Assembly: GCA_013265495.1 (NCBI GenBank)
Contig: MU057999.1
Coordinates: forward strand, 744,001 to 808,000
DNA: 64,000 nucleotides
Source: Vicugna vicugna
Taxonomy: Eukaryota
Reading direction: 5' to 3'
Of this stretch, positions 38,651 to 52,400 are shown in pieces. Position 1 is the first letter of the stretch. Every line of letters begins with the position of its first letter. Under the pieces are notes generated by a model. It saw only the letters and a program-made list of their open reading frames with translations, was not told where the DNA came from and did not search any database. The position numbers and the translations under genes are program-made.

Positions 38651-39110
38651 GGATACAAAAGAATGAAATAATGGCATTTACAGCAACATGGATGGACCTA
38701 AAGATGATCATACTAAATGAAGTCAGTCAGACAGAGAAACATTTATATGTGGAATCTTAAAAAAATGATACAAATGGCTTTATCTACAAACCAGAAACGG
38801 ACTCACATGTACAGAAAACAAACTATGGTTACCAAGGGGTAAAGGGGTGGATTTGGGGGGACAGATTGGGAGTTTGGGATTAACAGATACATACTATTAT
38901 ATGTAAAATAGATAAACAGCAGGGTCCCACTGTATAGCACAGGGAACTATATTTAATATCTTATAATAACATAATGGAAAAGAATCTGAAAAAGAATACA
39001 TATATATATACACACATAGAACTGACTCACTTTGCTGTACACCTGAAACTAACACAGCATTGTGAATAAATTACACTTCAATACAAATTTTAAAAAATTT
39101 GAAAATTAAA
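38651..39110 (+). mobile_element. 5'-truncated cetartiodactyl-type L1 with TSD
   Basis: gcaacatggatggacctaaagatgatcatactaaatgaagt...actgtatagcacagggaactat...A-rich tail. TSD aaatggggca at 38638-38647 and 39111-39120. Confidence 0.9.
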
Positions 39111-41569
39111 AAATGGGGCAGTTGGGGGAAAAGGGTGTCTCCAGGGCCCTGTGCTGTCTGGGAACTGGTGTAGGAGCCGGCTGGGGAGTGGGTCCTGGTG
39201 GAAAGGACTGCTTCAACTGGTAGAGACACCCTTTCCTTCCGACTGCCCTCCTGCCTGGAACGCAGCCTCGGGGCCCGACAGCGACAGCTGCTGGTCCCCA
39301 CCGGCCACGTGTCCACACAGGAGACTTCAGGATGGTCCCCAGCCGTAGGCAGACTTCACAGACACCCTCCAGCCTAGGCTTCCTGGGCCCCTGGCATCTT
39401 CACCCCCAGTGTTGGCCACCTTTCCCTCTGACCTGGCAGCGGGTGAGCTGAGATGTCACAGGCTGATGGTGTGTGCAGAATGGTGGTGGGGACACTAACC
39501 AGCATGCATGTTTTCCTTCCTCATTCTTGCGAAAGAATCTGCTCCCTAAAGTCAGGACGTGGCCCTGACACTTCAGGAATGCCCATGACTCTTAACTCAA
39601 AGCTGTCGGATATCGCTCCATGCCGTTTCTGAACCCTCTCCCCGCCTCTCTCTAATGAACCCTCCAAAGCAGGTGCCGTTTTAATTTTGCCTCATTTTGC
39701 AAAGATGACAGATCTAAGTTACATTAGGGACCCTTCTGTTTTTAAATAGCAGACTTCTGCCGTTAAAAGATTTTTTTTTCTAATCACCTTGGAAGAGATA
39801 TATGTCCTTCTCAGAAGTGCTGGCAGAATTCATGGGAATTGGAGTGCAGAATGGGAGCTTTGGCTTGGCATAAACTCACCTGGACTGTTCACCCTGGAGT
39901 TAGACTAAACAAGACCTGCACCCTGGCCTCAGATCTGGCCAGGAGGGAAGCAGAAGCACCCAGATGGGGTGTCCTGGGCCACCCCTTGTCCCCAGCAGGA
40001 CCACCTGGCTTACTGGTTCTTTGTGCCCCCAAGCGTACAGCACTGGGTTGAAAGGCTCCACTAAGTTGCCCCGGGGCCTGTGGCCTCTCAGATCATTGCT
40101 TTTGCCTAAAACCCATTAAATCTCTTGGAGAAGGCATGCACTGATGTAAAGGTCTCACCTGCCTCCTTAATTAAGGAAGTAAATTCAGAGAGAAGTTTCC
40201 AGAAGACAACAGGCCAGGCTCTCCGGGAAGGGAGGGGTTTTTGTGCGCAGTGGGTTTGATGAACGGGGTGGGGGTGCGGGGGCGGAGCCTGTGCTGGGAG
40301 AAGGGAAAGGCTGCAGGAGGTGGCTTTGGACTTGGGGATTGGAAGGAGCAGGGTGTCCCGGGGAAGACCAGAACAATCCTATAGACGTCTCTGGGTGGGG
40401 CTTTGACTCTGGGAGGGAAGGAAGCCCCTGTGCAGAGCCTGTGTCTCCATTCAGAGCAGCCAGGTGGGTTTTTCTCAGATGGGCTCACCCAGGCTAAAAG
40501 GGATGGTGGGAGGGAGATCTTTCTGGACTAGAGGAGTGTCAGGCCCTGGATTGTGGAGTGTGGGAAGGAAGGAAATGGGGGGAGGGTGGAAGGAAGGAGG
40601 GGGGAGAAGGAGGAGATGGGTGGGGCTGAGGATGAGTTTCTTCTGCTTCACTTGGCGCCTTTTGGGCACGAGACCCAGCGTGGCCAGGGTCGCACCAGAG
40701 CCTCTTCTGGGCCCCAGGCAGGGTTCTTTCCACTCTTCCCATAGGCCCTCAGCGATAAGGAAGTCAGTGACTACTCAGGAAGCTGATAAGTTTCCCATTG
40801 ACCAGCATACACCGGAAGGTCCATGCTGATGTCCTTTCAGGAAACTGTAAATGCAAAGGCATCTTATTGCCTGAAGTCTGAAGTTGGTGATAGCATCTGT
40901 TTTCATGGCAGCCGGCTGTGATGTCACAGACTGATGCCTGCCACAGCAGAGAGACAAGCAAGCGGGGACGTGGGGAGCTGCGGTGGGGCCGATGTAAGAC
41001 ATGATCCATTAGCACAGGTGCTGAAGGCTCTCTGCCCCCCTCCCCCGGCACTGGCCCTGCTTTCTGAAGGGGAGACACTGACATTTGGAGCCAATACGTG
41101 AGCTTGATGAACTATTGAATGCTTCAGACTGCAAACTCTCACAATAATCAAAAAAAAAAACATGACTTCCCTAAAAGTTTTCTTTGACTGTTTGCAAGAA
41201 GGACAATACTTTTTAGTTTTTCTGTTCTTCCTTTTTTAAAATTTTTTTATTTTTTATAATCCTGGGATCTTGCAGTTGACTAAGTGGGTATTTGGTTCCT
41301 TGTGTGCCCAGCATGGGGAGGATATTAATTCCTGTCTACGTGGCATACCAGGGTGAGGATGACAGTGAGACAGGGCTAGTCAGGGATCATGTACTAGGAG
41401 GTAAGTGAGCTTCTGGAAGGAGACTGGGAGGTAGAGCCCAGATGCTGAATTTGCTGGGGCTGAACAACACCAGGTCTGGTTCCTGAGATGTGACACATGG
41501 TAACACCGTGTCGTCTTGCCAGTTGGCATCGCTCTCTTCTCAGTGCTCCGTGTTGTTAGAAGCTGTGGC

Positions 41570-42081
41570 TGATGATGGTGCTCAGAGATGGCTATGGCAT
41601 CGTCTCCCAACCCACATGCTCGTTAGTGATGGGACTGGGCCAGTGTGGAACTGAGTTCCCTCCCCTGGTATCTGGACTGGTCTTGGTGAGTTGCTCCACT
41701 GATAAAATGTGGCAGAAGTGATGGATCTTCCAAAGCTAGGTCATCAGCATCTGGCAGCTTCCACCTGGATGTCTGGGAACTCTCACTGTTAGGATGCTCA
41801 TGCTGGGAACCCAGGTGCCATGTTGTAAGATGCCCAAGCCACATGGAGATGCCACGTGGAGGGGCTCCAGGAACAGCCCCAGTGTGCTCCCAGGCGTTGG
41901 GGCATCAAGCCTGGGAGAGGTTCAGGTGACTGCAGCCCCTGCCAACACCTGCAACCTTCTGAGTGACCCTCAGTGAGAACTACCCAGCCAACCTGCAGAA
42001 CTGCGAGATGAAATGAAACATTATCATCTCAAGCTGCTGCGTTTCCAAGGTGACTGTTCCACACAACAGGTAACGGGAACA
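41570..42081 (+). mobile_element. MaLR LTR (MLT1F/G-like)
   Basis: gggaacccaggtgccatgttgtaagatgcccaagccacatggag, gtgagaactacccagcc, and terminal caggtaacgggaaca. Confidence 0.75.
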
Positions 42082-42199
42082 CAAGCATCCCTTAGAAGTT
42101 GTCATGTGAGATGAAACCCAGACAGGCCCGGGGTCAGTGACCACAGTCACGGCATGTGACTGGTCTTGCGTTGGGCCTAGAGCACAAGGCCTTTTGACC

Positions 42200-42780
42200 T
42201 TCAAAACCAGAAGACAGTCTGTGGCCTGCCTGTTGAGGAGTCCTGTGGTAGGGAGGGTGTGTTGAAGGTTTAGGGATCTGCTGTTAGTTCCAGAAGCCTG
42301 GCTGTTGGTCTGCAGTTTGGCAACGTAGATGCCAATCAGGCCGGATCTGCTCCAGCTCTGATGGGATGGCTTTGAACCTCCATGAGCAAGACGGTTCATT
42401 TTCTCTGGTTGGTTTTGGCTGAGCCTCCCAGCAATTGAGATTGGATGAATGTCCCTCGTAGGGTTTCATCCAAGTGATTGGTGAAAATGCCAGGGAGCAC
42501 TGAGCCTGTGACTCTCACAGGAGATGTTGCTTCCATGGGGCCCTATTTGGGACTGTTATTCTGCCAGCTGTGAATCTACCAATTTGTACTCGTCTCGGCC
42601 TATGCGTCTCCATCTGATCCACCATTTCATGAAGGGCTTTACTGAAATCTAGATACAGCATGATTTAGTGGCCCAGGAAAACTTTCAAGCAGGAAAGGAG
42701 ATGGGTTTGGTGGTTCTTACTCAACTCATCATCCCAGGAGACCGCCATATTTCTTCTGTGTGTAAATACTCTCCGGTTCC
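42200..42780 (-). mobile_element. L3/CR1 reverse-transcriptase relic
   Basis: Minus strand 42632-42658 translates as LYLDFSKAL, matching the CR1 RT motif VYLDFSKAF. Extent is approximate. Confidence 0.6.
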
Positions 42781-45700
42781 TTCCTTCTGTGGTTTGGCTC
42801 ATGGAATACAGTGTTCACCATTTCTTTCTCTTTCTTGAAGAAACCTTACATTTGTCCTCTCCATTTTCTATCACTTTTTTCATCTTTTCCTTCCATGAAG
42901 TTGCTTCTCTTTGACTGTATCTGCATTGCCTTTCTGTATTAGATTTCCCCCTAGATGGTATTACACCGTGGAGGGTAATGGAAAACATTTCTCAGATGTG
43001 GACTTGAGAGTGGCATAAGTTTAGGAAGTTCTTCGTGTTGTCATCCTGATGTCCAGCCTGAGTCGGCTGGGACGCAGTGCTGTCGCTTTTCCCATTTCTT
43101 TCCCCCCATCGCGTTGGGGGAGCATTCGGGCTTCTCATGGCACTGCTCTCCGTGTAATTGACGATGCTGGCTGTGACCTTCATCTGCCTTCTCTGCTTCT
43201 AGATAAATAACCCCCACTTCCTTGTGTGTTTCTTTGCTAGCCCTGTTTTTCAGGGCCCTCATCATTTTTATTTCACTCTCCACTCTAAATGATTTTAAAG
43301 CCCCTTGGAAATATAAAGGTTGTCTAAATAATAAATCATCATTTTGGCAAATGATCCTGAGACATTTAGAGAGATAAAATTAATCACCCCCTTATAGCTA
43401 GAGAGTGGCTTTCCACAGGGAGTACAAAATAGTTTGTAGAGCTCATAGTTAATTCTCTACCCCTTCCTGGAGAGAGGGGGTAGGTGTCATTTATTTTATA
43501 GGGAGGAAGGCTGTGGTGGTGCAGGTGACATCTTTTTCGGCACCTCTAGCCGCCGCAGTCCGTGGTATGGAAGAGACCTCCGCTCTCATCTGACACTGCA
43601 GCAAGCTGGGCAGGGTAGTCTGGGCAGGGCAGCAGGCTGTGCTGCCTCTTCTTCACCCAGGAGGACAGCATCATGCGGCGGGCCTCCTGGGCCCCTTCCC
43701 CCTGTGCATCCTGCCTGTACAGGGCCCAGGATAGTGAACGTAAAGCATTTTTTCCTCAGAGCGAATACTCCATCCAGGATGCTGCAGTCTCCCATTGCAT
43801 TGAGCACAGACGCCACAGATTCAGCCAATAATCCAGGAGCCCGAGCTTTCACATACATCAGCTCACAGATCATCAGGTCCACTCTGATGATGAGGAAGCT
43901 GAGGCTTATGGAACCCCAGTGGCTCATTCAGATCCGCAGAGCTAGTGTGTGGCAGTGCTGGGATCTGAAGCCAGGTTTATCTAACACCCTAGACTAGTAC
44001 TTTCTCTTCTCTCTAACCTGAGTTTATGGCGACATCCATGGTTATTTTGGTTTTGAGTGACAGTGAGTGAAATCAATACATACGGACACATATACACACA
44101 CCTTATTGGCCCATGCAGTTCAAAGCACAATGTGATGCTGGATTCAGGCATGGTTGGATCCAAGACGCTATCAGGACTGTTTCTGTCTCCTGGCCCCACT
44201 TCCTCTGGGTCGGCCTCACGCTCTCCATCAGGGTCAGCAGGTCCATTATCCTGATACAATGCAGACAGGGAGGTTCACCTCTTGGGAGCTCCTGCCCAAA
44301 TCCTGGGAGTCATTTGGTTGATGCCAGCCTAGGTCATGTGCTCATCCCTGAACCAGTCACCATGAACTCCATGGGCTTCAAGTTCACTGATTGACCTGTT
44401 CACTGATCACTCCTTCCCTTAGGCAACTGAGGGGGTTGGGGGTTGGGGCGCTCTAAGGGGTAGGTGAACTGCAAAGACCATGCAAAGTAGGACAGGTGGG
44501 CGCTGACTGACAGAACAGCCGTCTGCAGCAGCCCTCCCTGGGCACCCACCCTGAGTCCTCACCACTGGCCAGGCTCCTCCTCAGATGGGCATTACCTGTC
44601 CCGCCAGCATCTCTTTGCTCTTGCTTGTTTCCTCCTCCTGTTTTTCCCCATCCCATCTGAATCCCCTGTACCCTTTGGCTCGTTTCATGCCTCCTTTCCT
44701 GGCTCCCGGAAGCTGCCTCCCTTGAGGACCTGTGATCCAGATTCCAGCTTCCTCTTCCGTGGTACCCCACTGAGGAAAGAGGTCTGCTTGCCACCCTGGA
44801 TGGTTTTCAAGGAAAGAGATTGTGTCCAAGTTGGAATAAACGTGCAGAATTCACATCTCGGTGGTATTTGGTGCTTTTGGTGAATAGTTGGTGAAAATCA
44901 ACCAATAGTTGGTCTGAAATGATTTCAGACCTACAGCCAGGGATGAACTGTGTATAAGAGGGAACAAAAAAGACCTTAACAGTCCGATAATGACCATGAC
45001 TCTGAGTATAATGAGAAGTCTGGTAGGCTCCTCCCAGCCCCCCAAGTGGTATTAAAAGAAATGGGGCATTTTGGCTTGGGAAGATGGTGTCCTCTAGCAC
45101 TGTTCCTGGTCCGTTAGAACCTCCTTGGAGCCTAGCCCTCAATTGGGTCACTATACTTGAAAACATGTGTTAATTCCTAGCATCTGACTCTAATCACTTT
45201 GTAGATCAGGAATCTGATACCCTGAGAGGTGAATTAATTCCCTGGGGTCATGCAGTGGGCTGGAGGCAGAGAGAAGTGAAAATTCTATTTTCAGTCTCTG
45301 TGGTTGGTGGAGGGTGGAGGGTCGGTCAGCAGAGCATTTCAGCGGGAGGATGACTCTGAGGGAGGCTTGGGGACTACAGGCTGTCCCCTGGGAAAAAGAG
45401 GCTGAGAGCTGCAGACAGGGTCCGATGGTGCTTCCTGGAGACTAGCCAGCACAGTTGTGGGCATGCGTGGACACTGGGCCAGTGTGTGGACACTGGATTG
45501 GCTTGATGATCCTTTTCAGGGATGGGAAGTTTCTAGTTTGAAAAGTACTGCCCAGTATTTTCTAAATCACAGAAGACTGGGTCTGTCAGGGTGACAATGC
45601 TGGGATGGACCACGCAGGATGGCAGCTGGGTCCTGTCTCTGGAAGCGTTAAAGGAGGAGGTCTGAGTGGCTCAGACAGGAGCCGCCTGAGGCTGGCAGGG

Positions 45701-46348
45701 TGGGACCCTCCATCACCCAGCTGGTACTCGGTTTTGGGATCACGTACCATCTCCTGGGGTCCTTCCTTCCCGCAGTCAATGAAGTATTGCTGTAGCGATG
45801 TGCAGCTTCTTGGATGTGATTTGAACAAATGGAAAACTCTCTTATGGAGGGTGCTATTTTTAAAGAGATACTAGTTACAGAATAAAATTCTGTGAAGCAA
45901 TTATTTAGCTGTCTTTGTTCGGCAACATTCTTCTAATTAACCACCACTCGCAACTGTTGAGGTGCTGGGCAAGTATGCCTGTTACACGTGTATTTGGAAG
46001 GGGGAAAATTAATTTGTATTCTTGCCCCAAATCCTGAGTGAGCCTCCCGTCCAAAGACCTGGCCCCTCGTCTCAGGGGTGAGGAGCACGAGGCTCTCCTT
46101 GTCCAGGAAACACTGGGACTTGGGGAAGTCACCTCCCCTAGGCGCGTCTGGACAAGCTGCCTCCCTGGTGGGCTTTTAGAACTCAGCAGTTCTGAGAAGC
46201 TCCCTCCAGTAAGGCTGTCCTCCCTGGCACACCTTCCCTTCCATCCTTCTCAGAACTCCTTTCCATTTATCTTTAAAAAAAAACTTTCTGATTTTGAAAT
46301 GATTTCAGACCTACAGAACAGGTCTTAGTACAAAGAATCCCATACCCT

Positions 46349-46705
46349 TGTGATGAGTTGATTTATGTCCTGTCCCCCTCCCCAAAGGTATGTTGATGTC
46401 CTGACTCCCAGGATATCAGAGTGTGACCTTATCTGGAAACAGGCAGTTGCAGATGTAACGAGTTAAATTAAGATGAGATCATACTGAAGTCAGGTCGGCC
46501 CCTAATCCAGTGTGGCTGGTGTCCTTATCAAGCGGGGAAATTTGGACAATAGCTACGCACGGGGGAGCGCCACGTGAACATGAAGGCAGGGGTCGGGATG
46601 ATGCCATCAGTGAGCCAGGGAATGCCGAAGGTGGCCAGCAAGCCACCAGAAGCTCGGGGGAGGCCTGGAATAGATCCCGCCTCACTCAGCACAGAAGGCA
46701 GCAAG
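46349..46705 (+). mobile_element. MaLR LTR (MLT1B/C-like), 3'-truncated
   Basis: gtgtgaccttatctggaaacaggcagttgcagatgtaa, ttaagatgagatcatactg, cctaatccagtgtggctggtgtcctt, ccaccagaagctcggggaggcctggaatagat. Confidence 0.8.
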
Positions 46706-47719
46706 GACCTGGACGCGCTGGGGTAGGGGTAGGGTGTTACGTCCTCGTCACTCCCGTCAGCTCTTCTCCTTCCCTGAAAAGGACTGTGAGTCCCTGCTCC
46801 CATGCAAGCTGCATGGCATCCCCAGCCGGAGTCTTGCTCCTAAACCGACCTACTGAAGAATCCCCGAGTGGCCTTCGGGAAGGAGATGTGTCATGAGAGG
46901 GCTCGTCCGTAGTGTAACTGAGATCCAGAGTCCAGGCCAGCAGCTTCGAGGAGCTCTGAACGCTTGCAGGCGTGGACTCCGATCTTCCCTGGAGTCTGGG
47001 AGAGCGATGACGGAGAGCAGGTGTGGGCCTGCAGAGTTTCGGTTTCTAATGAGGGAACCTGTGCCCTGACCCCAAGTTCTAGACTGGCTGCCTGACCCCG
47101 GAGTGGAGCAGACTTAGGACCCAGCAGATGCTCTGAGAACATGCCTCCCGACCTTGCCCCACTCTCCTGTTTATGACTTTCCTTCCCCAGATTTGTAGAC
47201 TTGCTCAGGTCCCTTCAAAACAAGCCACAGAAAGCTGCTTCTGACCGGTCCAGCCCCGCTGACACTTCTTTCCTTTCCAGCATCTCCACACCAGCTCCCA
47301 CCAGCCGCCCTCCCCTCCGCAGAGACATTTCCCCACTGTTGAATGGACTGTTCATCCCTAAATGTTGCCTTTACGCAAATGGAAAAACACCTCTTACCCT
47401 CTCTGCCTTCAGGCCACCGAGGCTTGGCCCAGTGCTCTTTTCCATCTGTAACATTTATTGGCTTCCCCTCCCCGCCAGCTTCACCTGATGACAGAAGAAA
47501 TGCTCTGAGCTCTCCTGATTTTCCCAAGAGGAGGTTCTGTAGTCTTCCTTTGTCCAGCTGCATGGTGGGAGAACTTACCTCTTTGACTGAATATTTGTAC
47601 GATACGCTTGGAAGAATTTGGGGCTGTTACTCTGAAAAGGAAAACATCACGGGATGCTTTCTGCAGTTGTCTGATGTACCAACAGATGGTGAGGGCAGTG
47701 CTGGGCAGTGCTGGCTGGG

Positions 47720-47940
47720 CTAGGTCACTGGTAAAATACAGGATGCCCAGTTGAATTTGGATTCCAGAGAAACAGTATACTGTGTTTAGTTTACATATGT
47801 TCCAAATACTGTTTGGGGCACGCACTGAAATATTGCATGTGACATTTGGGACATACCTATACTAAAAATGATTTATTATTTATCCGGAATTCAAATTTAA
47901 CTAAGCATCTCATTATTTGTTGGCTTGCTGAATCTGGCGC
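47720..47940 (+). mobile_element. MER53-like palindromic hAT MITE
   Basis: taaaatacaggatgcccagttgaatttggattccaga ... tccggaattcaaatttaactaagcatc inverted arms with the central ttgggacatac motif. Confidence 0.85.
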
Positions 47941-49154
47941 CCGAAATGGACAGGCGGGCCCCAGCGAGGCGAGCTGTGGGGGGCCTTCATCCGAGGCAAA
48001 CAAAGGCGCTTGTGGGCATAAGCCGAGGCCAGGCTGGGAACAAAGCAAGACAGAATGAAGCTGAAAAGAAATCTGAGACAAGTCGTGAGACAGCTGAACT
48101 TCAAACCCTCAAATGAAGTGTCTGAGTCACTGGACCGCCCCGAGAATTTGTTTGCCCTGTTCATCTGAGGCCGTCTTCTGTCCCCAGCTCCAGCCGCCTG
48201 AGTCTCACTGCCACGGCTCCCCCCTCACCCTCTGATGTGCTAGTGCAGATCTAATATATTCCCCTAAATCAGTTCACTTAAAACCTTGAATAAATGTATT
48301 TCAAAAAGGAAACTTGACTCCGCCCCTCTCAGAGGAAAAGCAGTCTCACCTCTATTGAGTTGCAGGTGACTGTCATCCTAAGGACAGTGAGACTGAGGCT
48401 GCTGAGCTCTGACTTTTGACTCTGAGTCCGAAACCTGCTCTTGACTCCTTAACAAGTGAACTTAGTAAGTGTGGAGAGGTGCTCATGACTAGCCCCTGAT
48501 TGGAACTTTCTTCTTGGCATAATCAGAAGGAACCAGCAAGGACTGCAGACGACACAACTTTCTAACCCCGCAGGCCAGCATATTTAATGTTAAGGTGACT
48601 CATTTCTAGAAGGTGCTGGCGTTGGGTGTTTCTTAGCAATGGGCGATCATGCTAGTTTGCTTTGTTCTGTTTTTTTTTTTTTTAAGGTCCTTTGTAAGTG
48701 TAATTTCTCCATGGACAGAGGTTTGAATTTTTGCAGGTGGGAGTCTGAGTTTCCGCAGTATGTGCTCAGGGTGACCTGATCTCACATCCACTGGGCTCAA
48801 CCTTAAGGATAATGTCACGGGGCCACGAGCCAGCATCCAGTAGAAACCATCATGGGGTCTTTTGGGGCTCTCATTCCCCCAGGAGTGAGGCTATAGGCGA
48901 AAACCCAGCTAGACTCTCCAGCGTTGGTCTGCTGAGGCCCCACACTGTCCCTGTGACCCCCACGCCCTCTGGCTTGATGGGAAGGGCCAGGCAGGGTGGA
49001 GTGTGCTGAATGGCCCCATGCTCTTGTCCCTGGGGCTGTGAGTGGGCAAGCCGTGTCTCCGAAAGGCCAGGTAGAACTTGGAACACAATTTTCCGTGGAA
49101 ACAATGTACTAAAGGGTGGTTAGCTTTTATGGTATGATTGGTTCAGGGTAGTAA

Positions 49155-49460
49155 ATTTTCATCGAGCACCTAATATGTTCCAGACACTGTGCTGGCACTA
49201 ACAAATGTGGAAGACACTGTTTCGGGCGGAATGGAGTTCTGTCTTGTGGGAGAGATGGACAGAGAGCAGAGGAAAGGGTGTTGGCCACTCAGGGCGGTGG
49301 GTGCCAGGACTGATGGAGGCTCAGTGTGCCGTGGGGTCCAGCAGATGGGTCGGCTAAGCCTGAGGGCATCGGGAGGAGCTGCCCTTAAGTGAGTCTTGAA
49401 GTGGAGAGGAGGTGTTTAATGAGGAAAGAGCATGGATGCAGGGCAGGCCCCACAGAGTGG
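49155..49460 (-). mobile_element. L2 fragment
   Basis: gagcacctaatatgttccagacactgtgctggcact; gagtcttgaagtggagagga. Confidence 0.5.
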
Positions 49461-52400
49461 ACTGCCAGCAGCAGTCCAGGGAGGTGACCAGCATGGAGTG
49501 TTCTGATGCTCTACCATCCACCCAGATTTCCAAAGTGAGCTGAGTCAGGAAGGATATGCAGAGGGGGTTGATGGAGGTCCCCCCGGAGTCTGACGAGAAG
49601 TGTGGGTTTTCAGTCTTAGGCAGGGAAACCACTGAAAGAGGCTGCTAAGACAGAGGGGAAGGACCATTTAGACAGCATCCCTGTCATTCTAGGCAGGGGG
49701 TTCAGAAGGCCTGGGCGAGGGATCGCCAGGCTCCCTAGAATGCAAACTCCAAGATGGCAGGGATCTTAATCCTTTTTGTCCAGGCATATCCCAAATGCCT
49801 AGAATCGAGCCGGATAAGCAATAAATATTAGTGAGGGAGAGGTTCAGGCTGCGGGGAGACTTAGGCATCTGGTTTGGTGGAGATGAAACAGACATTTGAT
49901 GTTCCAGCCCGGAGTCCTGACTGTCCCCTCTAAACTTCCAGAGACAAGAACTCTTTTTCTCCCCAGACTCAAACCAGACTCCTGACTTTCGGACGGTCTT
50001 TTGGGATGCGAGTGCTGGTTGCTTGGGCATCTCTGGGGTGTTTGGTTTTTTTTCCTTCGTGACTCAGGTGGGCAGTCCCAGTCTCTCCAGCTTGGTCCTT
50101 AGTGAAGACAGAATAATGCGTTGTCATTGTTTTGTGCTCAGAATGTGTCACCTTCTAGCTTCTTCTCAGGGATGACCCTACCCTTTGAAGCCTTTTTACT
50201 GTGTAAACGTCAAGAGGGCTTTTCAGATTCTCCCAGTTGGAGGCTGCCTTGTAACCTGTGAGCTGAGGACACCCAGGTGAAGTTCTCCTGGCCATTGGGA
50301 CAGTTTTGGATGTCAGTCAGCGGAGGAACACGAGCAGCCAGGCCATCTGAATCCGTGATTCATAGACATAATCTCCAGCAGAGCATTAATTTGGGGCATC
50401 ATCAAAGCCTGCTGAATTACCGCAGTGTCAGACCTTGACAGAGAAGTCAGCCCGGGATTAGCATTTTGATTTAAAGTTCAATGGGTGGTATTTATCTTTA
50501 TTTCTGTCACATCCGAGTGATGGACTGTCTGTCCTAGAAAATAAAAACAAATGCTACTTCCTCAGTCAAGTGAACAGGGGGTAATTTAGAGGCACTCTCT
50601 CACGGTTGGCTGGACACGTGCATAAGGGGTTGGCAGCCTCTCTCCCCTGGCTTCCAAGAGGTGTCTGGGATGCAGGTTCTCGGTTCATTTGGAGGCCAGG
50701 TGACCATGGGAGAAGCTGAGCTAAGCTCTGTGCAGGTGTGTTGCTCCCGATGGCAGTGTCTTGGCCAAGCTGGCCTGAGCTGAGAGGTGCTGGGATGCAG
50801 TGTGGGAGTCCTCACTGGACTCTGGAGAAACCAGGTGCATCCCCATGGGACTGAGGTCAGAGCATCAGAGACCTCGTCCCTTTCCAAGGCTGGACAGCAT
50901 TTCATGGTGGTAGGTTTCAGATGCCAGCCCCTGTGATGGCTCTTTCCAGCCCTGCAGAGGGATTGACCAGGAGAACACAGGAATGTGTGTGTGAATATGG
51001 CATTTATGAATGCTGACAGGACTGCCAGGCTTGGGACTGGTGTCTTTGCCTGCCTTGTCTTGGATCTTGACCATGGCTCTTTATAGATAAGGACCTGGAG
51101 GCCCAGAGAGGGGAGGTGACATGCCCAAGGTGACTAGAAGTGGCAGTAGCCAAGTCCAGCCCTGGACTGTCTGTCCCCAAAGCCCGTGTTCCTCCTATTC
51201 CTGCACCTGACCTATCCAGCCAGGTGAGGCAGACTGGGGGGCAGGGGTGAGAAGACTGGCCCCTGAGCCTCGAGAGTGGCTCTGTAAGAGGAAGGGCCTG
51301 AAGAGGGAAGGAGCATGGCTGGGAGGAGGGCAGGAAAGGCCCGTGAGGGTTTCCCAGGCTCCCCAAGGCACCATCAGTTCTTGACCCTACGTCTTCATCC
51401 CTTTCATCAGAACCTCGAGGTTCCTGTGGGCTCATTTGGCCACAGGTTGGAGGCTGCAGCGTGGGAGCTGTTTTGGTCCAAACTCTGAGTGACCAGCACT
51501 CTGCCAAGACTCAGTGAGCTTCTTCATAAATAAGGTTTTAGTGAAAGTTTGTGTCAGAGTCAGCAGTTTTTATCTTCCGTGGACATTTCATCTGAAGGCA
51601 GAAGTTGATGCTGAGGATGTCTGCGGGTGGGGAGGGATAGGACCCCCCTCAGGGAGAGCGGTCCGCTGGGCACCTGCCCAGAACAGCCATCCAGGTCCTT
51701 CTGGGCACACTGAGCATCCCCTCTGCGCGGTTCTCCACTTGTTCTCCGGTTGATTTGACAGCAGCGGTCAACGCAAGGCATGATTTCATCATCTGTTACA
51801 CTCATTTTGCAATTAAAAGTAGATTTTAAGAATGGATTTTAGCTCCTTGTTTCTCATAAATCAGATGTGGTTTTTTAAAAGGTGTATTTAAAGAACCGCT
51901 TCATTTGTCTGTTTTTAATTTTGCATCTGAAAATGTAGTCATCTTTCAGGAATTTCATTGAACACAAATCGAAGCAGGTATTTGTAAATTAAGAGGCAAA
52001 CCATCTCCAGTCTAACAGAGGTATCGTATATATTTGGTGAATTTAAGAAAAATTATACCTTATTAGGCACATGAAGTACAATAGAAATAACAGACAGTCA
52101 AACTTCTGTTTGATTAAAACTGCATGTTTATATATTAGGAATATTTATTTATATTCGACAAAAAGCACATTTTAACAAAAACAGGTACATGCATTGTTAA
52201 TATTTTGGTTATAAATATGAAACAGGGGCTTTATAAAAGTAAAGGTAAATATGAGTCAGCCTAAGTTTAATCAGGGTAAGAAACTTAATGTCTTCATTAT
52301 GCAGCTGCTGTCTCCTTCTTCCTGTTAATTCTTTGACCGGAAAAGAAATAGGAGCTCGCCTGCTTTTTCAATTCCCAAGTGACTAGCCTCAAATAGATTT

